A stretch of 64,000 nt of DNA, from positions 1-64,000 of the forward strand of contig NC_092675.1 in NCBI RefSeq assembly GCF_964355755.1. The letters run 5' to 3'. The position numbers and the translations under genes were made by a program. The notes beneath the pieces were generated by a model, which saw only the letters and a list, made by a program, of their open reading frames with translations, made no database searches and was not told the DNA's origin. This DNA comes from Antedon mediterranea (lineage: Eukaryota > Animalia > Echinodermata). Positions 54,601 to 64,000 of this stretch are shown one piece after another. Numbering within the stretch: the stretch's first letter is position 1; every line of letters starts with the position of its first letter.

Positions 54601-55212
54601 GTACATTTGGACCATCATACTGGTGTGCCAGCATGAAGAATGCACAGAAATGCAATGTATGTTTATCCATAAATATTATTGTTTTTATCCGGTAATGTTT
54701 TAAATGAGAAATAAAGACTCTGTATGCATTGTTCATTTTATATTTTGGAGTTGAATCCAGCAAAAAAGGTTAACAACCATCTTACATTGTGTAGAATGGT
54801 CCCCAATTGCAAATCTATCCCAAATTTGAGGAAAAATGTATTTCAGATTACTGTCACTTTTTAACTTGTATTTAAAATGTTTTATTTTTGTTCCTGTTAT
54901 TGTCAACAAACACATACTGTAGATGTTTTAAAACAGTGCTCAGATTTACTTTGCCACTTCAGTTCTTGTGCTTACAAACTTAAGCTCTTTCTACATTATC
55001 AAACTAGTTTGACAAAAAAGCTGTGATATACCCAAATATAGCAGTGATATGACTTCATTATGTCCATATGAGCAAATCAAATTTGTTTGTCACGTAAAGT
55101 TTGATAGTGTAGACAGAGCTTTAGTAATGTAGTGGATGACGACTTAAACTATAAACGTTTCCTTTTTTTTTCACAGGCTGTTGTTCACTGCAAGAATCAT
55201 GTGTGGAATTAA
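33692..55212 (+). CDS. PSAP: Prosaposin-like precursor, 1089 aa: signal peptide, SapA, 11 saposin-B domains, SapA; 32 coding exons
   Basis: Exons 33692-33728, 35672-35808, 36996-37064, 37258-37377, 37961-38017, 38440-38514, 39537-39731, 40282-40356, 41880-41999, 42270-42362, 43053-43121, 43862-43981, 44296-44355, 45222-45296, 45799-45978, 46477-46563, 46750-46869, 47333-47389, 47840-47873, 48027-48070, 48187-48312, 48800-48968, 49515-49603, 49804-49969, 50554-50645, 51082-51244, 52349-52437, 53507-53696, 54071-54213, 54382-54462, 54555-54656, 55177-55212. All GT-AG and in frame (3270 nt). SapA motifs CAHGPEYWC and CTFGPSYWC...HCKNHVWN. Each SapB has six Cys (CxxC...C...C...C...C). Confidence 0.93.
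35934..36861. mobile_element. Non-autonomous DNA transposon with ~36-bp perfect TIRs (possibly PIF/Harbinger-like)
   Basis: CGCCCGTATTCTTAAACCGGACTTTAGTCGTAGTTC / GAACTACGACTAAAGTCCGGTTTAAGAATACGGGCG. No clean TSD, so the superfamily is tentative. Confidence 0.8.
37590..37775 (-). mobile_element. Degenerate tRNA-derived SINE remnant
   Basis: - strand head TGGCCGAGCACTTAAGG (A-box-like). Shares CCACCAGAACTA with the copy at 50770-50980. Confidence 0.5.
38236..38362. repeat. Local direct duplication, ~63 bp x2
   Basis: CTTTATTGCAAGCATGTCAAGTTT...TTTCTCATTTA occurs twice in tandem. Confidence 0.85.
40071..40260. repeat. 23-bp minisatellite (AATGT(A/T)CAGTATGGTGTATAATT) x~8
   Basis: Tandem units ending ~20 bp before PSAP exon 8. 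Confidence 0.92.
40683..41726. mobile_element. Non-autonomous TTAA-inserting (piggyBac-like) transposon, longer copy
   Basis: TTAA|CACTTCGACTGCCA ... TGGCAGTCAAAGTG|TGAA. Doubled subterminal AAAAACGAAGATCTTCGTGTTTGGCAGTCAA. A near-identical deletion derivative lies at 51489. Confidence 0.85.
42880..43320. mobile_element. Two copies of the ~150-bp MITE (42880-43028, 43172-43320) flanking PSAP exon 11
   Basis: TIRs AGCTCTGTCTACACT(A/G)TCAAAC / GTTTGATAGTGTAGA(CAGAGCT) and an internally palindromic core. Confidence 0.8.
43314..43497. repeat. 44-bp tandem repeat x~4 built from a MITE terminus plus flank
   Basis: Unit GTAGACAGAGCTTAGTAGATTGTTATTATTCCACCATGATTGGT. Its first 12 bp equal the MITE TIR end. 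Confidence 0.9.
44030..44205. mobile_element. MITE family copy plus a truncated copy
   Basis: AGCTCTGCCTACACTATCGAAC...; a second AGCTCTGTCTACACTATCAAAC at ~44159. Confidence 0.75.
44398..45140. mobile_element. Foldback-type element with ~160-bp inverted arms and a small nested TIR element (~44723-44897)
   Basis: AATGATGGTGTGTTTGGAGT...GGAGAGGTGC (44398-44559) is the imperfect reverse complement of GCACCTCTCC...ACTCCAAACACACCATCATT (44981-45140). Inner ends CAGGGAATAATTTC / GAAATTTTTCCCTG. Confidence 0.8.
47503..47700 (+). mobile_element. tRNA-derived SINE remnant, possibly with a Deu/Nin-like core
   Basis: A-box-like TAGCCGACTGCTTAGG and B-box-like GGATTCAATCCC, then CTACTCAGCTGTAAATGAGTACCTG, which resembles the Deu/Nin SINE core (recalled from memory, not aligned). 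Confidence 0.55.
50101..50446. mobile_element. Two MITE family copies (50101-~50235, 50288-50446)
   Basis: AGCTCTGTCTACA... starts and the family core sequence. Confidence 0.8.
50770..50980 (-). mobile_element. Degenerate tRNA-derived SINE remnant
   Basis: - strand head GTGGCCGAGTGGTTAAGGC (A box) and GTTCAAGTC (B-box-like). Similar to the 37590 copy. Confidence 0.55.
51489..52016. mobile_element. Internal-deletion derivative of the 40683 piggyBac-like element
   Basis: TTAA|CACTTTGACTGCCA ... TGGCAGTCAAAGTG|TTAA, with perfect TIRs and TSD. About 500 bp of internal sequence is missing relative to the 40683 copy. Confidence 0.88.
52615..53137 (-). mobile_element. 5'-truncated non-LTR retrotransposon (CR1/L2-group LINE) 3' fragment
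   Basis: ORF 53137-52826, IEKVQKRALRIMLG..YDHAL..GLPTLVERRNKL, matches the typical C-terminal region of CR1/L2-group ORF2. AT-rich 3' UTR with an (AATAA)n-like tail near 52620. Confidence 0.8.
53839..53998. mobile_element. MITE family copy
   Basis: AGCTCTGTCTTCACTATCAAAC ... GTGTGATAGTGTAGACAGAACT. Confidence 0.8.
54983..55120. mobile_element. MITE family copy
   Basis: AGCTCTTTCTACATTATCAAAC ... GTTTGATAGTGTAGACAGAGCT. Confidence 0.78.
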
Positions 55213-55812
55213 ACAAATATAAAGAAAAATTGTTCTAAAAACAAGACTGATGACTAGAGAAAGAATTAAAAGAAATTGAACTAATTAATTGCACTTCAAT
55301 GCACCATTGCAGCTGTATATTTGCAGCTTACTCACCAGCGGTTTATAGTAGCAATAATATGTTTTGCTAATAAGTACTAATATATACAATAAAAAAATAG
55401 AATAGGGATAAAATTAATTATCTTATTTACTGAAATAGCCGTAAGTTTTTGAAATATGATGAAGGCGTTTCTTGCTGGTTTGTAAATTTCTGTAATCTTT
55501 AAAAAGTGTGTATAAATGTGTGATCATACAAATACCCATTAGCTTAATTTTTGTTTCTTTTTTACTTAAAATTATATTTGATCTTATTATGAACACTGGA
55601 GTATAAATTTAAATTTTTGTGGCAATAGTTTTTGTCAAATAAAAGTGTTAAAACTCGTCTAATACTTCTCTTGTTTGTTTTTAAATTTCTGTAATCATTA
55701 AAAAGTGTGTAAAAATGCTTAATTTTTGTTTATTTTTACTTAATATTCTGATTTTTTTGTGTCCGTGTCAGTTGTAAAAGAAAATTAAAAGAAAGTCGTT
55801 TGGTGTCGCATG

Positions 55813-55965
55813 ACTGTCATTGACAAAGTATGTCTATATCTCCACTAGAACGCAATGCAAGTAATATGGTAAACCACGACCATGTCACTGTCATTGACAA
55901 AGTATGTCTATATCTCCACTAGAACGCAATGCAAGTAATATGGTAAACCACGACCATGTCACTGT
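55813..55965. repeat. Local direct duplication, ~73-75 bp x2
   Basis: ACTGTCATTGACAAAGTATG...CGACCATGTC occurs twice in tandem. Confidence 0.88.
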
Positions 55966-57394
55966 GATTGGTCAAATTATTTGAGTTGCGCGTACATACT
56001 GTACTTATATTTACATCTGCTGATATAATTGGATGACATACATATTATTATTTGTTAAATTCAATCTCTGAAATATACTTTCCATAAGAATTTGTTTATT
56101 AAAGTTATTCGTTTGAACAACCTTACCTAGTTGTGGTATTAATGGAAAACCTACCCTAAGATGCCGTCTCACATAATTCTCTTCTCTCTCTATTATAGTT
56201 ACAGGCTTTAAATGTGATACACATGTGACAATGTATCGCGAAATTTGCCCATGATATAATAGGGCGAATAATGTACAATAAAAATAATGAATATTGAAAT
56301 CAACTTGTAGGGGCCTACCATAACGTATGGTTCCACGACGAATTTGATACAGAAAGCTGGACTGGTTGATTAAACTAACGAATACATAGTAGTTATCATG
56401 GTAGGTATAACTATATTTCAGATATTGAGTATTCAAAATAATTATGTCGCCTAATGAGAAAGGATAAAGTGTGGATATACAAAATAATTAATTCCTGACT
56501 GACTGTGCCTTGAGTTAGTTTTAACCAAACATCCGAGTCATTCATTAACATGGTGCTATTTAATACTCGCCTACTGTCAATCATTGACCGCCGCAAACAA
56601 AGCTGCTGTGGAATATTAAACAGTGCAGCAGAGCAATTCATTACTTTTATTTCAACAACATTCAATAAACCAACTGTTGGATTGAAATGTATTCTCACTA
56701 AATCCTGGTACGAGTAATGTAAGGTAAGTTTGTTAAGACTACGTGTATCAGTAACATTGTCGCTTACGGTTTTAGCATTGTTTAAAATTTAAATCCCCTC
56801 CCCCTCCCTTATGCTGGACATTGCATGGCTTTCAAACAGACTGATTGCAGGACCTTGATAATGAGCTTTTCCGATCCGCGCAACATTGTTCACTACTTTT
56901 ATAAATATTATTAAAATAAGATTTGTCTTTCTTCATTTCTGTTTGCTAATCAAAGCCAATTGCTGTATTGTTATTATTTGCATTGTTATTATTTGCAATT
57001 CTTAAGAGGTAATAGACAATTACCGCTACGAACATCTGTTGGTGAAAATCATCGTTGCAAACATCGCTATAGTTTGATTTCGCTTTCACATTCACATCGG
57101 AGCAGATTCGTGTCTGAATTGATAGTAAATTTGAGAATGTGATTTGTTTTTTGTGTCAGTGTGAACCACGACTTGTATTGATCCATTAATATTACGATCG
57201 ACACAAATTGATCGCAGTTTTTAGTTGTTTAAATACGCAGTTTAAATCTTGTTATGCCGTCATTATTTGTATTCTTTTCCCATCTTGTAATTTTGATAAT
57301 TACCTATGTTAAATGGATAAAGACAATTAGACCTAAATAACTAGATTAATTGCAGACTAAATATTAAACATGTGACGTTTAGAAAAACGATACT

Positions 57395-57662
57395 AAACGT
57401 TGAAATGGTTCGAATTAGTTCTAACCTTAGTTAGGACCTATACCAAAACGTTGAAATGGTTCGAATTAGTTCGAACCTTAGTTAGGACCTAAACTAAATG
57501 GTTCGAATTAGTTCGAACCTTAGTTAGGACCTAAACTAAATGGTTCGAATTAGTTCGAACCTTAGTTAGGACCTATATCAAATGGTTCGAATTAGTTCGA
57601 ACCTTAGTTAGGACCTATATCAAATGGTTCGAATTAGTTCGAACCTTAGTTAGGACCTATAC
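57395..57662. repeat. ~42-bp minisatellite x6 with an internal hairpin
   Basis: Unit AAATGGTTCGAATTAGTTCGAACCTTAGTTAGGACCTA(A/T)A(CT/TC). Confidence 0.93.
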
Positions 57663-58578
57663 CAACATTCGTTCATTGAACAGGTCGACTTTCGGTTTGT
57701 ACAGTTGTACTACTGTAGATCTACTTCTTTATATTATAAATTCTACATTGTATTTGAATACAGCTAACAATACTCCTGCACTCGCCGCGTATGGAAATGT
57801 ATGTCCTAGTCATGTTTATCAGTTCTCGATGAGCTTTTAAGACACTTGAAATTTGTCAAAATAATATATGTATGCGCAGTTCATCTTTACCTTAAGAGTG
57901 CATCTCAATAGACAATCGCCAATGATATAAGAGGCCTGATTATATTCTGGTAATACTGTACAATGCATGTGGTTAGACTAGAGACACTAGAGAGGCATAA
58001 AGGATTGATTCAGTCGCATCCGAAGCTTTAAATACGTAGGCCTATTCAAGAGAGATGTGACACAATCCAAAAGTGAGGTGAGCTACGACCGATGATATCT
58101 GAATGATCTAGGCCCCACTTAATTTGTGATTAAAAATAAAAGTACATTCTGTCTCTATTCATGTAACCTGTTGTTTTGTGAAATAAATTGTATAAACATC
58201 AATATTGATGGGTAGATCGGTTAAATATACTTCTTTGCCTACAAATCCAAACAATTATTTCTAGCTTAAACTCTTAGCCGGACAGCTTAATTGAGATCTT
58301 CTTTAAACCAAGCATTTATGCGGTAATTGGTAATTTGTAAAACTGAATATTAATGTGTAATGATTGAACGGTAAACATCACAAGTTATGTATTATTATCT
58401 ACTAATACTGTTTATCAGAAAAATGAATGATACATATACAGCAAATTATAGTTGTTTTTGTGTAGATACCATGCGCCAGCATAAAATGATACTCGAACAC
58501 AACCCGCATTTGTACACTTAAAAACAACCTTTCCTTTTCAATGCAGTTGTGTTTCAGTAGTCTTAAAAGTAATATTTT

Positions 58579-59189
58579 GGTAGGATAGGATAGACAGATG
58601 CCTTTTGATAGGATAGGATAGACAGATGCTTTTTGATAGGATAGGATAGACAGATGCCTTTTGGTAGGATAGGATAGACAGATGCCTTTTGAAAGGATAG
58701 GATAGACAGATGCCTTTTGATAGGATAGGATAGACAGATGCCTTTTTGTAGGATAGGATAGACAGATGCCTTTTTGTAGGATAGGATAGACAGATGCCTT
58801 TTTGTAGGATAGGATAGGCAGATGCCTTTTGATAGGATAGGATAGACAGATGCCTTTTTGTAGGATAGGATAGACAGATGCCTTTTGATAGGATAGGATA
58901 GACAGATGCCTTTTGATAGGATAGGATAGACAGATGCCTTTTGATAGGATAGGATAGACAGATGCCTTTTGATAGGATAGGATAGACAGATGCCTTTTTG
59001 TAGGATAGGATAGACAGATGCCTTTTGGTAGGATAGGATAGACAGATGCCTTTTGATAGGATAGGATAGACAGATGCCTTTTGATAGGATAGACAGATGC
59101 CTTTTTGTAGGATAGGATAGACAGATGCCTTTTGGTAGGATAGGATAGACAGATGCCTTTTGGTAGGATAGGATAGACAGATGCCTTTT
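58579..59189. repeat. 28/29-bp minisatellite x~21
   Basis: Unit TAGGATAGGATAGACAGATGCCTTTT(GA/GG/TG). Confidence 0.96.
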
Positions 59190-62075
59190 GTGACAACATA
59201 TTCACACGAAGACACAGACCTGATAATGACGAACAAACCTGGGGCAGCCCACTCACAAAAGTGTCGTCACAACGGACTATGGTGCTGCCGCAAACAAAAG
59301 TAAAACAAACAAGAAGATAAAGTTCGAATAAAATATATAAAATCACACAATTACTTGAGCGTGTAAAGTCAGGATAACTGACATTAGATATACTTAATTA
59401 TAATAAAACGTTATGGTATTGGGTGGCCAAAAGCCCAGAACCCATTGTAAATTGACTCAAGCTCATGTGAATACTGTTCCGGTGAGCTCTCATGGTAGCT
59501 TCAAAGTGCTGCAGAACGGAAGGGTGTAACATTTCTTCTTTTTTTGGTTATCTTAGGATATTTTATGGATCATTTTTAGGCTGTGTAAAGCGCGCATAGA
59601 AACATTGTATTAAGCGATATATAAACCACCATTATTATTATTTCGTCTACTTCATTCATTTGAAGTGTATACTTTCTTTATTGTATAAAGTATATCATAT
59701 GTAAATCGATAACTCAGCCCAACCAACCAATACTAATTATAACTTTATTGATCATAATTAAGGTATGATTCTATTTCACCGAATGACGCTTCTGTATGAC
59801 GTCATATGATTACAGCCATTACAAAAAAAATATCAATTTGTAATTACGTCTTTATCTTGTTTTACTTTAGTCCAATAAGAGAATGTACTGCTGAATGTAC
59901 AATGTAGATTCGACATGTATAATAATTCAAATATTAGATTTTAAAGGTCAAACAGATTCATTATCTTTTTAATAAAATGATATTCTGAAAATGAATAATG
60001 ACGGAAATATGAGGACCATTTAGTGACGTATAATATCGATTGTTAAATTATTGTGGTAAACCCTTTTAAAAAGTGAGATATGGAGTTATAATAAACTTTG
60101 AGTGGCCTTCTCAGAGAGATGAAAATGGTTTGCCTGATCTATTTCCCTTCTCTTCCATTCCATTATTAATACCTATACAATTTAGTTTACTTCCAACAAT
60201 ATTTAATGAGAGTGATCCATCCAGCCGTATGGTTTATTGAAATGCCTTTCTAAATATAAATTGAAATCTATGCTAGCTTGACTGATTGACTTTTAAAGTG
60301 TCATTGTGTGTGTGTTTTTAGCATAGGTCTATACCCTCATTTTTAAACACTTTATATTCAACATCGAAAGGTAGAAGACAAATTCCTTCTTCTGATTAAA
60401 CATCCTATTTCGGATGTTGGAGTCACTTTCGATTTTATGTCAATATTATTACCGTTTAATTAAAATAATTAGGTTGACGACATTTTGTAAACATATATTT
60501 TTTACAAGATTGGAGGCAATAGAAATAGAAGTATTATGTTACGGTGTGATTGTGATGATTGATGCTGATTGCGAAAGTGGGAAGTGGGGTTGTTACTGAT
60601 GATGATGATTATGACGTTCTATTAAAAGTAATGAGGCAACTATCACGCCGATCTTTAAGAAAAAGGACTAGAAATAACTTATGGAATACTGCAATTCCAA
60701 TGTGGAAATTCCAATGTGCCCAAGATGCTTTACTCCCATCGCCTCGGAGTCCTTCGGATGGGACGTTTCGCCGTTGGGCCCTTGTTCACATGCACGAACA
60801 TACATTTATTTTTTAAAAGAGAGTTTATCCGGTACATTGGACCAGGCAAGTGTGGATGTTGGGGAGGTTGATAGCATCCCGTGCCATGAGAATTTATGTT
60901 AAAACGTCTAAAAATGTGTTCTATCCTAGATATAAGTGGATCAATAATTCCGTTCGCTGATTTGTATACTGTAAACATACTTTTATTACATCTGACTCAC
61001 AGGGCAATAGTAATTAAACATAACAAAAGAAAATAAAATATAAAAGGACATCGTATCATTACAAATTAATTAGCCTCTCTAATTTATCTCAAGTTAGCGC
61101 ATTACAGTTAATCTTACTTATATTCGTTCGTATTTCTTACAATACAAAATGCATTCATTCAGTTCATACAGGAAAAAATCATATCAAATTTCATTATTAA
61201 TGATATTTTACTATGAAAGAACTAAGTAATATTGTCCGCTATGTCGTTCAATAAGTGTAGATAATCGATGACTTGTACATAAACGCCCTCTTGTGCAAAT
61301 CAATATAGATTTAGATTATACATTATAATTTGTAGAATAATTTTCCTACATCAATAGAGGACGTTTCAGTGTCCAGTTCTAGCTGACTTTTTTACATGAG
61401 TGCTTCTGTTGCAATGCAATGTGTCAAGAGTCAGTCAGGATGCTACCGACAGACAGATCTTCAGCAACGAAATTACACACGCATCATATAATAATTTAAG
61501 CATCAATATCTGTGTACGAAGAATTAAAACTAAACGAATATAATCATTTCAGGATTGTTGACTCGACGCCGCGCGCGTTAACACGATCACGGAACCTTCA
61601 TAATAGACTTTTAATTTGGCCGTGGATATTTTGTTTATTGGAATGGTAATTTAGCTCTAGTGGGAGTTTCCAACATTCTGGTAAGAACACTTTAGATTTT
61701 TGTTTAAAAAACAAGTTTGTTTGTTTAAGGAAAAACATGACTCCGCTTTAGGAAACCACTTTCAGTCCTTTGTATACATGAACTTGTGAATTTATTTTAC
61801 GCATTGATTTTTGTCTTTAAATTATCATCATTATAATTTTATGATGTTATTGTTATGTATTCTTTTATCGATTTTATCTTTTATCGACTTTGTATTTTAT
61901 TTGTTAGCATTTCAGTCACATTACAATGGTAACTGTTTTACAATGCTATATCGGAGCGTATACATACATTTTTCATCATCATTGTGAATTTTGCACGTAT
62001 ATCTTATCTCTAAATACACATTTGATGTAATTTGTTGTTAATATTGTAATGATATTATAACATCACTATTTTAGG

Positions 62076-62312
62076 CAAATACAAGTAGAAAACAAACAGA
62101 AGTTAGGGTTAGGGTTAGGTTATATCCTAACCCTAACCCTAACCCAAATACAAGTAGGAAACAAACAGAAGTTAGGGTTAGGGTTAGGTTATACACTAAC
62201 CCTAACCCTAACCCAAATACAAGTAGAAAACAAACAGAAGTTAGGGTTAGGGTTAGGTTATACACTAACCCTAACCCTAACCCAAATACAAGTAGAAAAC
62301 AAACAGAAGTTA
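62076..62312. repeat. 69-bp tandem repeat x3.4 containing inverted telomeric repeats
   Basis: Unit CAAATACAAGTAGAAAACAAACAGAAGTTAGGGTTAGGGTTAGGTTATACACTAACCCTAACCCTAACC. Unit starts at 62076, 62145, 62214, 62283. Confidence 0.95.
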
Positions 62313-63772
62313 ATAGGCCTACAACTGTAGTGTAAAAAAGATAATGAGGGGAGAAGACCAAAGACATTTGAAAGTAACAAGCAATGCTATAAAAATATAT
62401 AAAATGATATTCAATGAGAATGACAGTAATACAAAGATAGTAGAGATTGATTATTAGGAATTAAACTGTCAATAAATCTATCAGTTTGATTAAGATAGTA
62501 CTAGTGAATGCAATAACGTCGGCCTTGCTAAACAACATTGGTAGAATAATCACCGTCTTATTATATCAGTATATATCCTCTCACCAGGTGATTTGGGTTT
62601 TGCTCTGTAGAATCTTTCCACAATGTTACAAACTGAGTTTGTCTAAACGAAATTAAAATAGTTTATTTGGTTCTAATTGATTGTAAATGCAAAATACAAG
62701 CATGTGTATGTTGTCGAGATATACTATGTGATTTGAGCCTTTTTTGTATACAGCCTTGTTTAATAGTCCATTTGAAAAACAGTTAGTAATCCAAGATTCA
62801 TTACACATTACCGCACATTCACTGAGTTGTGTCTTAATGATAATTCGATGTGATATATAATCCTCTACAGGCTTAGTACATCTCATAACACGTGGACATC
62901 CGATCACAATTCTAAAAAAAATACGCATAATAAAAACGTGTTTTGAACCTTTGAACCGTCTATATAACGTCTAGTACATTTTCCTACTAATTACCTCTGT
63001 ATATATTATTTAATTGAAATGAAAGGTATACAATAGATTGATCATACTGTTGGGAATTACTCAATTTCAAAAGCTATTTGTGCATTTTAGTCAATTGTGT
63101 TCTTTCCTTTGAAAAAAAAGATTAATCAATATATGCCTGTCTTTATGTTCAAGTCCAAGGGCGACTTGTCGCGAATGAGCACAAAAAGGCGCAATATGAA
63201 TGTTTGTCATATTGTAGTCTGCGTTCATCAAATGAATGTATGCATTATAGATGAAAATTATACTAGGTAAATAATGAACTAAACTATCATCTTAAGTCAA
63301 TAACAGCTTTAATAGACAGAAAAATATTTTTTTATTTTCATCGATTTTTTTTTTTAAATAAAATGTTTGAAATTGCAGCTGGACCCAAATGTAAGGAGAT
63401 CGTGATGGCAGACAATGGTTATACGATAACATTATATTATAAAACGATACTGCACTCGCAAACAACTTGTGTGTATGTTTAATATGGAATACATGTTTAA
63501 CTATTAACATGTTGGTATTAACCAGTCACACCTCATTTAATTATAGGCCTAACTTATATTAGTCTAGTATACTAAACTAACTGCGGGAAATAAGGACTGA
63601 CTCCCGGTGGCCCACATATTCCATAAGAGAGCCAACACCTTTGCTACCAGAAGCTTTCTAATCACGAGAAAAACCCCTTGGCTGAGACACGATTTGATCC
63701 AGGAACTTTGGATTGGGAGGGAAGCAGTAAACCCCCCAAGCTACTGCAGCTCAACTCTAACTTGTAGGATTG

Positions 63773-64000
63773 ACATGACTCAACCCCTTGCCTATTTTAA
63801 GTAACATTTTAGGTACATTGTCAACTGGGTTAGTTTGTTGGTCTAGCGGTTGGTCACTTACATTGGTCAATTAACATGACTCAACCCCTTGCCTATTTTA
63901 AGTAACATTTTAGGTACATTGTCAACTGGGTTAGTTTGTTAGTCTAGCGGTTGGTCACTTACATTGGTCAATTAACATGACTCAACCCCTTGCCTATTTT
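63773..64000. repeat. 101-bp tandem repeat, running off the window end
   Basis: ACATGACTCAACCCCTTGCC... restarts at 63773, 63874 and 63975. Confidence 0.92.

Noticed and set aside
56011-56698. Overlapping 141-aa and 95-aa minus-strand ORFs
   Set aside because: No recognisable domain, composition typical of AT-rich non-coding DNA, and no convincing splice structure.
58402-59346. 314-aa and 232-aa repetitive ORFs
   Set aside because: They are translations of the 28/29-bp minisatellite, whose unit is not a multiple of three and lacks stops on that strand.
60730-60900. Possible SINE core (GGATGGGACGTTTCGCCGTTGGGCCC...GCACG), with a weaker echo at ~52160-52290
   Set aside because: Resemblance to a MetaSINE-type core is from memory only, and no tRNA head or boundaries are visible.
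62071-62367. 98-aa hydrophobic ORF (GLGLGL/LTLTLT repeats)
   Set aside because: It is a translation of the 69-bp telomeric-hairpin repeat.

Overview
AT-rich invertebrate (metazoan) chromosome end. The species cannot be determined from the sequence. About 3.6 kb of (CCCTAA)n telomere runs directly, with no subtelomeric buffer, into a spliced NADAR/YbiA-family gene on the + strand (183 aa). Its last intron (17.7 kb) is almost entirely a 17.46-kb stack of eleven ~1.5-kb non-autonomous rolling-circle (Helentron/DINE-1-like) element bodies with nine heads, inserted head-to-tail and nested inside one another. Next are HMG-CoA synthase (- strand, 8 coding exons, 513 aa) and, head-to-head with it, an expanded prosaposin (+ strand, 32 coding exons, 1089 aa, 11 saposin-B domains plus two SapA domains). 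Introns hold MITEs, piggyBac-like and foldback elements, SINE/LINE remnants and minisatellites. The last ~8 kb has no supportable CDS but several tandem repeats, one carrying inverted telomeric hairpins. Exon models were built by hand from GT-AG sites and frame continuity; no database search was run.
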